Below are positions 1 to 10,195 of a DNA stretch of 64,000 nt, one piece after another (positions within the stretch are counted from its first letter, which is position 1; the number at the start of each line of letters is the position of its first letter). The notes beneath the pieces are model-generated. The model was given only the letters and a program-made list of their open reading frames with translations. It searched no databases and was not told where the DNA came from. The stretch comes from an uncultured Melioribacter sp. GTDB taxonomy: Bacteria; Bacteroidota; Ignavibacteria; Kapaibacteriales; Kapaibacteriaceae. A program made the position numbers and the translations under genes. Where the stretch lies: assembly GCA_964393485.1 (NCBI GenBank), contig CAYMTW010000002.1, positions 9,140-73,139 of the forward strand, read 5' to 3'.

Positions 1-123
1 CGGGTGTTGAAGCGCTTGAGCTCCTCGCCCTGCGCCGAATAGTACATGGCCCCGTCGGTAAGCGTGCCATCGACGTCCATGATCACCATCTTGATACCGG
101 ATGCTCGTTCGTGATTGGTCATA
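1..123 (-). CDS. HAD-superfamily phosphatase, N-terminal fragment (KdsC-like 3-deoxy-D-manno-octulosonate-8-phosphate phosphatase). The 5' end is in the window and the gene runs off the left edge.
   Basis: The reverse-complement translation begins MTNHERASGIKMVIMDVDGTLTDG..., carrying the HAD motif I, DxDGT. The ATG is the complement of 121-123. The gene is divergent from prmA. Confidence 0.5.
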
Positions 124-201
124 CAGGGGGCTCTGCGATTATTGGAATTGCCGTGATGCTTCGCGGCGTAGTTTCGCACTGCAAAAGTACAGCGAGAGGT
201 C

Positions 202-1053
202 ATGCCCGCACGATATGTCATGCTTACAATTAGCGTTCACGACGAGGACGCCGACCTTGCCATCGGAGTCCTGAGCGGCTACCCGATCGTGGGTATTGAA
301 CAAGGTCAGGATACGCTCACGGCGTGCTTCGAGCAGAACGACTGGCAGGCGGACTTCGTCGATGCGGTCAGTTCTGAACTGTCGGCCATGAACGTCCGCA
401 TCCATGGCACGCATGTTCAGGTGCTCGAGGACCGCAACTGGAACGCCGAGTGGGAAGCCAGTATTGATCCGGTCGTGGTCAATGATCGGATCGTGATCGT
501 GCCCGAATGGCGCACAGATGAGTTCGAGCAGCCACTTCGCCTGGTGATCACACCCAAGATGTCCTTCGGGACGGGGCACCATGCGACAACGCGTATGATG
601 TGCCGACTTCTTGAGCGCTACGTCTCACACGGCAGCTCATGGATCGACGTTGGTACGGGCACGGGTGTGCTAGCGATCCTGGCGGCGCTGCTCGGTGCTG
701 AGCACGTCTATGCCTTTGACAATGACGAATGGTCGTTCGTGAACAGCCAGGAAAACATCGTCCGAAACAAGGTCCAAGAACAGGTGCGTCTTGAACATGC
801 CGATCTGCATGCTGTGACGCTCCCGCGCTGCTCTGGTCTGGCTGCGAACCTCTACCGTCACCTTGTTATTCCCTACTCCTCGGCATTTGTCAGTGCCGTC
901 GAACCAGGTGGCATTATCCTCCTGTCGGGTATTCTGCGTTATGATGCCGATGAAGTCTGCGCCCCGTTCCTTGAACTCGGATGTACGATCGAGGAACTTC
1001 TCACAGAGACCGAATGGTGTGCCATCGCACTGCGAACCCGGAGTGTTTCGTGA
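202..1053 (+). CDS. prmA: Ribosomal protein L11 methyltransferase
   Basis: A 283-aa ORF with the PrmA core KMSFGTGHHATTRMMCRLLE and the SAM-binding stretch IDVGTGTGVLAI. Confidence 0.85.
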   Translation: MPARYVMLTISVHDEDADLAIGVLSGYPIVGIEQGQDTLTACFEQNDWQADFVDAVSSELSAMNVRIHGTHVQVLEDRNWNAEWEASIDPVVVNDRIVIVPEWRTDEFEQPLRLVITPKMSFGTGHHATTRMMCRLLERYVSHGSSWIDVGTGTGVLAILAALLGAEHVYAFDNDEWSFVNSQENIVRNKVQEQVRLEHADLHAVTLPRCSGLAANLYRHLVIPYSSAFVSAVEPGGIILLSGILRYDADEVCAPFLELGCTIEELLTETEWCAIALRTRSVS

Positions 1054-1203
1054 GCGAATCTGAACCAACCGGAACAGAACGTCGTACGCCGATCGCACCG
1101 ATCGTGTTGGGGTGCGTCTTTGGTGCGATCCTGATCAGTATGGTGCTCAACGGTGGCATGTGCGAGCGTTACAACCGCAAGATGGAGCGTCAGAAAATGA
1201 TGC

Positions 1204-4200
1204 GTGAATATTTCGAATCTCAACGTCGTCGGTAAGGGGCTACCCGGGAAAGCGAAGACAAAACCAGTGCGACAGATCATCAACGGATACGGACCGATCC
1301 TCAAAGCAGCGACAGCCTCATCGGTCGTCATCGACTGCGCACGACGTCTGACGGATGTCGGCACTGCATCGGTCAAAACTCTGACCGGCTCCGCACGCTC
1401 GGTCCTGGTGGCGTCGCTCTGGACCATGGGCTCGGTGCCCGTGGTGGTGGTGGTTGCTGACGATGCTGATGTTGATGGATTTGTCCATGACCTGGCCGTG
1501 CTGGTTGGCGCCGATGCCGTCATCGGAATCCATGGAGCCCAGCGTCAGAGTGCGCTGGCCGCCGGCGGGATGGTCCACCATGAGCAAATGGATGCACTTG
1601 GGACGATGCACGAGGCGGGTCGGTTCCTGGTCGTCTGCTCGGCTTCGGCGCTTGGGCTCAAGGCCCCCGCTGCAGGCGAGGTGCGAGCCTCTACGCTGAC
1701 GGTCAAACGCGGACAGCAACTGCCCTATGAGGATACGGTCACGGCGCTCTTGATGGCGGGCTTCGAGCGCACGGACTACGTCTCCAAGCCCGGACAAGTT
1801 GCCCTGCGCGGGGGGATCGTCGATGTGTTTCCCTCAGGATGGGAAAGCCCCCTTCGTATCGAGTTCTGGGGCGATAGTGTAGAATCCATCCGCGAGTTTG
1901 AGCCTCTTTCACAGCGCAGCATCCGTGAGCATGCCGAGGTGACGTTCCTTGCCAGGATGTACCACCAAGATGATGAGTCACTGCAGGCATCGATCCTGGA
2001 TCATCTTCCATCTAACTCGCTGATGGTCGTTGATTCCCCCGAGGCAGTTGATGCTGAAATGCATGCTCGCGAACTTGAACATCAACGCACGGTCTTGACA
2101 TCGTGGTCGATGCTGCTCAAGATCAACCCTTTGGGCGACGCCGACGTCAGTACGCGATCACAGGCACAACCCTCGATGGGTGCCTCGGTCGAACAGCTGC
2201 TGCGCGCAGGGGCTGCCTGTCAGACACGTGGCATCATGCCGTATGTCTGTGCCGATGGAGAGCAGAACGTCCGACGGCTGCGTGATCTGTGTGAGAGCAT
2301 CCTTGAACAGGTCGAAGCCGAAGACCCGGCCTCGGGCGACCTCCTGGTGGGAGCCCTGAACGGTATGTCTTGGATCTCTGCTGCACTGAGCTCGGGGTTC
2401 ATCTGGGATGATGTTGCGCTCGCCTGCTTTACAGAGCACCAGGTCTTTGGACGTCAGCGTGCACAGAAGCGCCAGCGCCGCTCCGAGACTGGATTCTCGG
2501 TGCGCGAGCTGCAGCAGATGCAGATCGGAGATATTCTCGTCCATGAAGACAAGGGGCTTGGCAAATACCAGGGTCTGCATACGATCGTCATCAACGGTTC
2601 ATCGCAGGAATGCGTCAAGCTGGAGTTTGCCGGTGGCGATCACCTGTACGTCCACCTGAACTACGTTCATAAGCTTTCGAAGTACGCCAGCGAAGAGGGA
2701 GCCCTACCAAAGCTCTCCAAGCTCGGCAGCATTGAATGGGAACGCAAAAAGGCTCGTGCGAAAAAGCGTATCAAGGATATCGCACGCGACCTTATCAAGC
2801 TCTATGCCGCCCGCAAGGCCCAACCAGGCTTTGCCTATCCGGCCGACAGTATCTGGCAGAATGAGTTTGAGGCCTCGTTTCAGTACGAAGACACACCCGA
2901 TCAGGCTCGTGCTACGTCCGAGGTCAAGTTCGATATGGAATCTCCGACGCCGATGGATCGCCTGGTCTGCGGCGACGTCGGCTTCGGGAAGACCGAGGTG
3001 GCCGTGCGTGCAGCCTTCAAAGCTGCTCAATCAGGCAAGCAGGTGGCCGTGCTCGTGCCAACCACGATCCTGGCCGAGCAACACGGTGTAACCTTTCGCG
3101 ATAGGCTCCGGCGCTATCCCGTTCGCATTGATGTGCTCTCGCGGTTCCGCTCGCGACAAGAGCAGAAAGAGATCCTTCAACGCATTGCTGAAGGGTCAGC
3201 CGACATCGTCGTTGGTACGCACAGGCTGCTGAGCAAGGATGTTGTCTTCAAGGACCTGGGACTCCTGGTCATTGATGAAGAGCATCGCTTCGGCGTGGCA
3301 GCCAAGGAGAAACTCCGTCAACTGCGCACCACCGTCGACACGCTTACACTGACAGCTACACCGATCCCACGGACACTGAACTTCTCGCTCATGGGCGCGC
3401 GCGACTTGTCGGTGATCGAAACTCCCCCTCGAAACCGGCTGCCGGTGCGCACCGAGATCGTCGAATGGGATGATGGTCTTCTGCGTGAAGCGCTCCTACG
3501 TGAGCTCGAGCGCGGCGGACAGTGTTTTGTCGTGACCGACCGCATCAAGGACATCGAAAAATTATCCTTGAAGATCAAGATGCTTGTGCCGGCGCTTCGA
3601 GTGGCTGTGGCACATGGTCAGATGGAAGCAGATGCTCTTGAAGACGTTATGGACGGCTTCCTCGAGCGAAAGTTCGATGTCCTCATTGCCACGAAGATCA
3701 TCGAGTCCGGTCTTGATATCCCGAACGCCAACACAATGATCGTCGAGCATTCCGACAACTTCGGTCTTGCCGAACTCTATCAGCTTCGTGGTCGAGTTGG
3801 ACGTTCCAATACGCAGGCATACTGCTACCTGCTCATTCCGCCCCCTCACACTCTCTCACGGATGGCTTTGCGCCGCCTGCAGGCCCTGGAAGAGTACACC
3901 GATCTTGGTTCGGGATTCAAGCTGGCCATGAGAGATCTCGAGATCCGAGGTGCGGGGAACCTTTTAGGGGGCGAGCAGAGCGGCTTTATTCTCGAAATGG
4001 GATTCGAGCTGTACCAGAAGATCCTCGAGGAGGCCGTTCTTGAACTGCGTCATGAGGAATTCGAAGAGTTGTTCCCGGATGATCATCAGCGTCGCCGAAG
4101 CTACGCTAATCAGGACGTTGCTGTTGAGCTTGACACCGATGCGCTCATCCCTCATGCATTCATCCCAGCAGATACGGATCGCTATGACATTTATCGCAGA

Positions 4201-4593
4201 CTCTACAACGCCACAGAGCAACGTCAGGTGGACGTGGTTTATGACGAGCTGCGCGATCGTTTCGGTGCGTTGCCGACCGAAGTCGAGGAGCTATTGTTTG
4301 CGGTCCGTCTGCGCATCGTGGCCATTCCAACAGGCTTTGTTCGTATCGCTGTGCGCGGCGAGCGTATGATTATCGAGCTACCGCCGGAAGAGCATGCTGC
4401 ATGGTATGACGACGTCTTCCAAAGCGTCATGGCCTTGCTTGCGGGAATGTCTAATTGCCGGCTGGTCCAACATGGTAAGCGTTTGGTGATCGAGGTTATC
4501 CTACCGGATCGACAGGAGGCGCTGTTTGCGCTCGAGCGGTTTGCCGGCCTGATGCGAGCTCCGTCAGTTCATGATCATCAGGAGGACGAATGA
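1204..4593 (+). CDS. mfd: Transcription-repair coupling factor (Mfd). GTG start at 1204.
   Basis: A 1129-aa ORF with a superfamily-2 helicase Walker A ([19 protein letters not shown]) and a DEEH box ([10 protein letters not shown]), and the TRCF C-terminal region. The size is typical for Mfd. Confidence 0.9.
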   Translation: MNISNLNVVGKGLPGKAKTKPVRQIINGYGPILKAATASSVVIDCARRLTDVGTASVKTLTGSARSVLVASLWTMGSVPVVVVVADDADVDGFVHDLAVLVGADAVIGIHGAQRQSALAAGGMVHHEQMDALGTMHEAGRFLVVCSASALGLKAPAAGEVRASTLTVKRGQQLPYEDTVTALLMAGFERTDYVSKPGQVALRGGIVDVFPSGWESPLRIEFWGDSVESIREFEPLSQRSIREHAEVTFLARMYHQDDESLQASILDHLPSNSLMVVDSPEAVDAEMHARELEHQRTVLTSWSMLLKINPLGDADVSTRSQAQPSMGASVEQLLRAGAACQTRGIMPYVCADGEQNVRRLRDLCESILEQVEAEDPASGDLLVGALNGMSWISAALSSGFIWDDVALACFTEHQVFGRQRAQKRQRRSETGFSVRELQQMQIGDILVHEDKGLGKYQGLHTIVINGSSQECVKLEFAGGDHLYVHLNYVHKLSKYASEEGALPKLSKLGSIEWERKKARAKKRIKDIARDLIKLYAARKAQPGFAYPADSIWQNEFEASFQYEDTPDQARATSEVKFDMESPTPMDRLVCGDVGFGKTEVAVRAAFKAAQSGKQVAVLVPTTILAEQHGVTFRDRLRRYPVRIDVLSRFRSRQEQKEILQRIAEGSADIVVGTHRLLSKDVVFKDLGLLVIDEEHRFGVAAKEKLRQLRTTVDTLTLTATPIPRTLNFSLMGARDLSVIETPPRNRLPVRTEIVEWDDGLLREALLRELERGGQCFVVTDRIKDIEKLSLKIKMLVPALRVAVAHGQMEADALEDVMDGFLERKFDVLIATKIIESGLDIPNANTMIVEHSDNFGLAELYQLRGRVGRSNTQAYCYLLIPPPHTLSRMALRRLQALEEYTDLGSGFKLAMRDLEIRGAGNLLGGEQSGFILEMGFELYQKILEEAVLELRHEEFEELFPDDHQRRRSYANQDVAVELDTDALIPHAFIPADTDRYDIYRRLYNATEQRQVDVVYDELRDRFGALPTEVEELLFAVRLRIVAIPTGFVRIAVRGERMIIELPPEEHAAWYDDVFQSVMALLAGMSNCRLVQHGKRLVIEVILPDRQEALFALERFAGLMRAPSVHDHQEDE

Positions 4594-5240
4594 CGTCGTT
4601 ACTTGCCATTGAGACCAGCGGAGCCGTCTGTAGTGTCGCAGTGTCAGTCGATGGCGCGCTGCGCACGTCGATCGAGATCATCCGGCCCAACGTCCACGAT
4701 GCCGTCCTGGCGGACCTTGTAAAGCAGGTTTGCCAATGGGCTGACGTTGACGTGTCGAAGCTGAGCATGGTAGCTGTGTCGAGCGGTCCGGGGTCGTTCA
4801 CAGGACTGCGCATTGGGGTGTCGATGGCCAAGGGGCTCTGCGCTGCATCATCGGCAAAGCTTATCAGCGTACCCACGACCACTGCCCTTTTGCATGCGTC
4901 AACGGAAGTAGCACAGCGATCGGGCGCGTCACGCATCGCCTGCATCATTCCATCGCATCAGGACCTGTACTACGTTGCCAGGAGCCCCGTTTCTGATCCG
5001 GCGCACGTTGCACCAGTCGAACTGATTGCTGAATCGAATCTGAAAGATCTTGATGACGGACAGACCCTCTTTGTTGGACCCGGTGCCGATCGGCTTGATT
5101 CGGCGGCGGTGAGCGGCCTGACGCGCACCTCGGCGCGATTCGTGGCCTTTGCAGCATGGCGCCTGTTGGCAGCCGGACATCAACCGGTCGATCCGCTGAC
5201 ATTCGCTCCAGAGTATCATCAGGACTTCCGTCCGCGATAA
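4590..5240 (+). CDS. tsaB: tRNA threonylcarbamoyladenosine (t6A) biosynthesis protein TsaB (YeaZ family)
   Basis: N-terminus LLAIETSGAVCSVAV plus the SGPGSFTGLRIG motif. It has an ATGA overlap with the mfd stop, and GGAGGA sits 3 nt upstream of the ATG. Confidence 0.8.
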   Translation: MTSLLAIETSGAVCSVAVSVDGALRTSIEIIRPNVHDAVLADLVKQVCQWADVDVSKLSMVAVSSGPGSFTGLRIGVSMAKGLCAASSAKLISVPTTTALLHASTEVAQRSGASRIACIIPSHQDLYYVARSPVSDPAHVAPVELIAESNLKDLDDGQTLFVGPGADRLDSAAVSGLTRTSARFVAFAAWRLLAAGHQPVDPLTFAPEYHQDFRPR

Positions 5241-5322
5241 GCATGCACCCCCTCCACAGCCACCATCTCAGCGCATCGTAGTTTTGCAGCGCTCTTCCTT
5301 CACATTGCTCGTAAGCTGACGC

Positions 5323-6621
5323 ATGATCCAACGCTATACCCGGCCCGACATGGGCGCCATCTGGTCTGACGAAAACAAGTATCGCATCTGGCTGGAGATC
5401 GAAATCCTGGCCTGTGAGGCACAGGCCGAACTCGGCGTGATACCAAAGGATGCCGTAGCGGAGATCCGCAGCAAGGCCTCGTTCAATGTTGAGCGGATCC
5501 TCGAGATCGAAGAGATCACCAAGCATGACGTGATCGCGTTCACAACCAACGTTGCTGAATACGTTGGGCCCGCATCGCGGTTTATCCATCTGGGGATGAC
5601 CTCGAGCGATGTGCTCGATACGTGTCTGGCCGTGCAGCTCAAGCAGGCCGGTGTGCTGATCCTCGAGGACCTGCGCGCTTTGCAGTCCATCCTGCGACGT
5701 CGCGCACTGGAGTTCAAGAATACCGTCTGCATCGGACGCTCGCATGGCATTCATGCTGAGCCTACAACCTTCGGGTTGAAGCTTGCCCTCTGGCACGAAG
5801 AATGCCGTCGTAGCATTACGCGGATGGAGCATGCGCTTTCGACTATCAGTGTGGGCATGATCTCGGGTGCTGTGGGCACCTTTGAGCACCTCTCTCCTGC
5901 CGTCGAAGAGTACGTCTGCGAAAAGCTTGGACTGCAGCCGGCTCCGGTGAGCACACAGGTCATCCAACGTGATCGGCATGCCGAGTATCTGACAACGCTA
6001 GCCATCATTGGTGCGTTTCTCGAGAAGATCGCCGTCGAAGTGCGTCACCTACAACGTACGGAGGTCCTCGAAGCGGAAGAGTACTTCTCTCCGGGCCAGA
6101 AGGGCTCGTCGGCTATGCCCCACAAGCGAAATCCAATTGTCAGCGAGCGCATCTGCGGCCTGGCACGCTTGCTGCGCGGCAACGCCATGGCGGCCATTGA
6201 GAATAATGCCCTTTGGCATGAGCGCGACATCTCGCACAGCTCTGTCGAACGGGTGATCTGTCCGGATTCGACCATCACCATCGACTACATGCTGCACCTT
6301 GCAACGGGACTTGTGGATCGACTGGTGGTCTACCCGGATAACATGCAGCGTAACCTTGAGCTTACCAGCGGATTGCCCTACTCGCAATCCGTGATGCTGG
6401 CCCTTGTGCGAAAGGGTATCACGCGTGAGGATGCCTACCGCATGGTGCAGCGCAATGCCATGCGGACCTGGGAGACACGTCTGCCGCTGCGTCAGACGCT
6501 TGCCGAGGATGACGAGCTGATGGCACAAATGTCAGCAGACGAACTCGATGCCATCTTTGATCCTAACCGCATGCTTAAGAACGTCGATACGATTTTCCAT
6601 CGGTGTGGGCTGAGTGAATGA
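5323..6621 (+). CDS. purB: Adenylosuccinate lyase
   Basis: A 432-aa ORF beginning [41 protein letters not shown], with the fumarate-lyase signature region [11 protein letters not shown]. Confidence 0.9.
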   Translation: MIQRYTRPDMGAIWSDENKYRIWLEIEILACEAQAELGVIPKDAVAEIRSKASFNVERILEIEEITKHDVIAFTTNVAEYVGPASRFIHLGMTSSDVLDTCLAVQLKQAGVLILEDLRALQSILRRRALEFKNTVCIGRSHGIHAEPTTFGLKLALWHEECRRSITRMEHALSTISVGMISGAVGTFEHLSPAVEEYVCEKLGLQPAPVSTQVIQRDRHAEYLTTLAIIGAFLEKIAVEVRHLQRTEVLEAEEYFSPGQKGSSAMPHKRNPIVSERICGLARLLRGNAMAAIENNALWHERDISHSSVERVICPDSTITIDYMLHLATGLVDRLVVYPDNMQRNLELTSGLPYSQSVMLALVRKGITREDAYRMVQRNAMRTWETRLPLRQTLAEDDELMAQMSADELDAIFDPNRMLKNVDTIFHRCGLSE

Positions 6622-8120
6622 CACGCCGACTTGTGGTGGTCTCAGCCGCGATTGTCGCAGCTGTGGGTATCGGACAGCTCGTGGCAAACGTCGAAGATGA
6701 AGGAAAGCTTCTGGCTGAACGCTACTGTGCATCGTGCCACCGTATGCCGCTTCCAGAACATCTCGACAGATCCACGTGGCTGACAAAGGTCTTTCCGATG
6801 ATGCGCGAGTATCTGGGACTCGACACCAAGACAGACCGCGAGCTTCTGCCCCATGATCTGCAGGCAATGTATCCATCGACACCGTCGATGACTGAGGATG
6901 AGTGGTTCAAGATTGCAAACTGGTACGTTGATCATGCACCGGACACTCTGCCAGCTGCGCCAGACGTGGCGATCGAAGGAGAATCCCCGCTGTTCAGGCC
7001 TCTTCGCATCGCTTCCGAGGACGTCAATCCGATGACGATCATGGTGCGCTTCGATACGGTCTCGCAGAGGATCGTTACGTCTGACGCACTATTGGGGAAG
7101 TTGTCCATTTACGGCGTCACAGGCACACTGCAGAAGACCATCGATGTTGGTGGACCCGTGAGCTCGGTCGCGCTTCGTGGTTCTACGTGGTATGTGACCG
7201 ATATGGGCAAGCTGCTGCCACACGATTCTGCGGTGGGCGGTCTCGTGACAATCACGTGGAACGGCGATCAGTTCACAACAACGCGGATCATCGACTCGTT
7301 ACGTCGGCCGACGCACGTCAGCGTTGATGACCTCAATGGAGATGGCCGAGACGACCTGTTGGTGTGTGAATATGGAAACCTTCTCGGACGCCTCGGCTGG
7401 TTTGAGAAAACCGCACGGCGTTGGAGATATCATGAATTGGTCTCGCAGCCCGGTGCGATTCGCACGGAGATCCGAGATGTTAACGGCGACGGTCGGAAGG
7501 ATATCATCGTCCTCATGGCCCAGGCTCGTGAGGGACTTTTTGTTCACGTCAATCGTGGCAAGGGGCGTTTTGAGATCCAAGAACTTCTGACCTTTCCCCC
7601 AAGCTACGGTTCGTCTTCATTCGGCTTTGCCGATGTCGATTCCGATGGACGTGATGAGCTTTTGGTGACCACGGGAGATAACGGCGATTATCTCATGCCA
7701 CCCTACAAGCCCTATCACGGGGTGTACGTATGCTCGCTGGATAAGTCGGGTCGAGTGATTCAGAAGGAGCTCCGTCGGCTTGATGGAGCATATGGCGCAA
7801 TGGTGCGTGATTTTGATTTAGATGGACAGCAGGATCTTCTGGCGTACAGCTACTTTCCGAGACTTGAGCGTGGATCTCACGACTTCATCCGTCTCGAGAC
7901 GTCGGCCTTTACACAGCGCATGAAAACATGGACGCTGCCCATGGCCGACCAGGGGCGCTGGTTGCCGAGCGACCTAGCCGATGTTGACGGTGACGGTGAC
8001 GTCGATGTTGTGCTCGGCAATGTGTCGATCGGTCCCGGACGCATCACCGATGATCAGTCAGCCGGATGGCGTGAAGGACGCCTCAGAGCGCTCATTCTCG
8101 TAAACACGACGCGCGACTAG
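6618..8120 (+). CDS. Exported cytochrome-c-motif / FG-GAP (VCBS-like) repeat protein
   Basis: N-terminal hydrophobic segment, then the CASCH (CxxCH) haem-binding motif. At least four calcium-binding-type FG-GAP repeat cores follow ([49 protein letters not shown]). ATGA overlap with purB. Confidence 0.6.
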   Translation: MTRRLVVVSAAIVAAVGIGQLVANVEDEGKLLAERYCASCHRMPLPEHLDRSTWLTKVFPMMREYLGLDTKTDRELLPHDLQAMYPSTPSMTEDEWFKIANWYVDHAPDTLPAAPDVAIEGESPLFRPLRIASEDVNPMTIMVRFDTVSQRIVTSDALLGKLSIYGVTGTLQKTIDVGGPVSSVALRGSTWYVTDMGKLLPHDSAVGGLVTITWNGDQFTTTRIIDSLRRPTHVSVDDLNGDGRDDLLVCEYGNLLGRLGWFEKTARRWRYHELVSQPGAIRTEIRDVNGDGRKDIIVLMAQAREGLFVHVNRGKGRFEIQELLTFPPSYGSSSFGFADVDSDGRDELLVTTGDNGDYLMPPYKPYHGVYVCSLDKSGRVIQKELRRLDGAYGAMVRDFDLDGQQDLLAYSYFPRLERGSHDFIRLETSAFTQRMKTWTLPMADQGRWLPSDLADVDGDGDVDVVLGNVSIGPGRITDDQSAGWREGRLRALILVNTTRD

Positions 8121-10195
8121 AGTCCGGATGCTCGCTGAAGCCACAGTGGCACCGTGAGGAGCGATGCATCGCTGATAAAGACCACAAGGACAAGACCGTC
8201 AATGTCTGGATCGATCGTGAATGTAAGCCCCCTGCCATCGATCGCACGGTAGTGAGCAAGGGGGCGACCCAGCACATCGCTGATGACAACCTCATCGGAC
8301 ATGGTTGTGATCGAGCGACCTTTCATGCTGAAAGTAGGTGTGTCGGAAAACATGCGCCGGCGTCCTGCTTGCATGCACAACCCGTCGAGCGTGAATTGCC
8401 CGTGTCGTCGTTGCACAGTTATCGAAGCATCTGTTAGTCGAACGCTGTCAATGCTCAGCTGCACGGATGCTGAGTCACCAAGCACCGCCCGCAGCTGATC
8501 GCGTCGATACGTGCTGGTGGCCATAGTCAGCCTGAATGGAAACTGCATACGGGTTCGTCCACGGCTTACCGTCGAGGGAGCGCCCAAGGGCATGAGGACA
8601 TTCGGGTGCGTCGAGACATAGGCGACACCCTCGATCGTGCGCGTTGGAGTTGATGTCGATCGAACATTCAAGTAGATGTCTACACTATCGCCAGGACGTG
8701 CTCGTACTTCGCCAATGCTGACGATCAGAGCCGGTGATGACGGTATCACACGCACATAGATACTGTCGATCCGAGAACACCCATCATCGCCCGTCAGAAG
8801 TGCGCGATACCATCTTCCGGTCTCCACCGGGTGTGTTTGGAGTGAATCTCCAATGACGGTCCCGACGTCGTCTAGCCACTGTGTGCGGATAGCCCCTTCG
8901 GACCAAAGTGTTGCGTGTGAGCCAAACGCTATGACAGTGTCAGAGCTATGCAGGAGCATTCGATTAATGCGTCCTTCAACCGGCTTCCACGGCGAAATGG
9001 ATGACGTCAACGTGCCATCGGCCCCTGGCTCGGCACCGTGACGTATGATGCTATCTGAGGAGAACTGTGTGTGGGCATCGCCGGCCGATCCGCCCGTTCG
9101 TTCCACACGAACCGCTGCAGGCAATGGAACTGTTGAGACGACGCTGCCGCCTCCCCCACCGCCACCCGGACCGCAGACAAAGAGCGTTGAATGGGTCGAG
9201 CCGCCATGTCCACCCCGCACGCTGATGAGTCCGGCGCCCTCAATGCTCATGGCATCGATCATGATAACCCCTGCACCGCCCCCTCCGCCACCGGCGTCAT
9301 GGCCAGCATCGTGGCCGTTGGTTCCATCTGCGCTGATGGCGCTTGAACGAGCTAGGCGAAGATGACGAGCTCGGATGATGATTGCGCCGCCACCGCGTCC
9401 ACCACGTCCAGCATCCAGGTCATTTCCATGACCGGATGCTCCTGATGAGCCAAAGATGATTCGTCTACCATCATCGGGTGGACGTCCGGACAGTCCTGTT
9501 GATGCGCCTGCGTTGGCAAAGGCCGTTGAAGATCTTCCGCCCCCTCCACCATTTCCTATCGAAGCTCCTCCCGCACCGCCAGAGTTATGCGGCACTCCGG
9601 CGGGGGTCGCATCAAGCCATGACAACGCGAGGTCTGTGCGTTGTGCGCTGGTGCATGCACCAGCGCCAGCCCCCGGACTGTGCCTGATGCGCATGCTTGC
9701 TTCCGGCGAGATCGTGTCGCCTGTGTTCCACGCCCGCAAGGGCTGGAAATACCCCATGCCAGTTGCCGTTACCGACGCATCGATGGTCAGCGTATCGTCC
9801 GACCAGATGGCAACGATGCCGCCATCATAGCCGTCCCATGGTTGCGGCACGATGCGCTGGTCGATGATCCCTGCACGGGGCTCCATAGCCCGAGTGACCT
9901 GCAGATGTTCTGGCCAAACAATGTCGTCCGGGAGTCTGAATCGAAAGTAAAGTCGGTTGCCAATAATCGTGTCGATGACATTCCACGACCATGAACCGAC
10001 TGCGTGCGGATCGTCGGTGGTACGATGCTGACACACGGGAACGTGCACAACAACTCGATTCTGGGACTGAAAGAGTTCCGGCCGTCGAACGCGCAGAGAG
10101 GAGGTGCACGCATCGGCATCCCATGCCCAGGAACTGCGCACGATTACAGGTGAATCCTCTGCCGTGAGAAGTGTCAGAAGGAGTAGCAGCGCCAT
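8117..10195 (-). CDS. Secreted glycine-rich repeat protein, cluster member 4 of 4. It is the most distal gene of the minus-strand cluster and may carry a C-terminal sorting-like beta domain.
   Basis: A 692-aa ORF with a hydrophobic N-terminus (MALLLLLTLLTA) and a Trp-rich N-domain. Long poly-Gly runs follow (GGGGGRSS, GHDAGHDAGGGGGGAG, GPGGGGGGGS). Its start overlaps the upstream gene by 22 nt. No competing ORF on either strand exceeds 130 aa. Confidence 0.55.
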   Translation of the reverse strand: MALLLLLTLLTAEDSPVIVRSSWAWDADACTSSLRVRRPELFQSQNRVVVHVPVCQHRTTDDPHAVGSWSWNVIDTIIGNRLYFRFRLPDDIVWPEHLQVTRAMEPRAGIIDQRIVPQPWDGYDGGIVAIWSDDTLTIDASVTATGMGYFQPLRAWNTGDTISPEASMRIRHSPGAGAGACTSAQRTDLALSWLDATPAGVPHNSGGAGGASIGNGGGGGRSSTAFANAGASTGLSGRPPDDGRRIIFGSSGASGHGNDLDAGRGGRGGGAIIIRARHLRLARSSAISADGTNGHDAGHDAGGGGGGAGVIMIDAMSIEGAGLISVRGGHGGSTHSTLFVCGPGGGGGGGSVVSTVPLPAAVRVERTGGSAGDAHTQFSSDSIIRHGAEPGADGTLTSSISPWKPVEGRINRMLLHSSDTVIAFGSHATLWSEGAIRTQWLDDVGTVIGDSLQTHPVETGRWYRALLTGDDGCSRIDSIYVRVIPSSPALIVSIGEVRARPGDSVDIYLNVRSTSTPTRTIEGVAYVSTHPNVLMPLGAPSTVSRGRTRMQFPFRLTMATSTYRRDQLRAVLGDSASVQLSIDSVRLTDASITVQRRHGQFTLDGLCMQAGRRRMFSDTPTFSMKGRSITTMSDEVVISDVLGRPLAHYRAIDGRGLTFTIDPDIDGLVLVVFISDASLLTVPLWLQRASGL

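Noticed and set aside
939-1523. 194-aa minus-strand ORF overlapping the prmA end and the mfd start
   Set aside because: It is antisense to two well-supported genes. The product is low-complexity and S/T/A/R-rich. This is a typical spurious long ORF in high-GC DNA.
5241-5322. 82-nt intergenic region upstream of purB checked for a purine riboswitch or tRNA
   Set aside because: No conserved riboswitch core and no tRNA-like acceptor or T-arm sequence was recognised. It is probably just a promoter and 5' UTR.
4945-5979. 344-aa minus-strand ORF opposite tsaB and purB
   Set aside because: It is fully antisense to two conserved housekeeping genes and has no recognisable motifs. It is a high-GC artefact.
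9045-9365. Plus-strand 106-aa poly-proline ORF
   Set aside because: It is a mirror image of the (GGN)n glycine-coding repeats of the minus-strand 692-aa gene and is not an independent gene.
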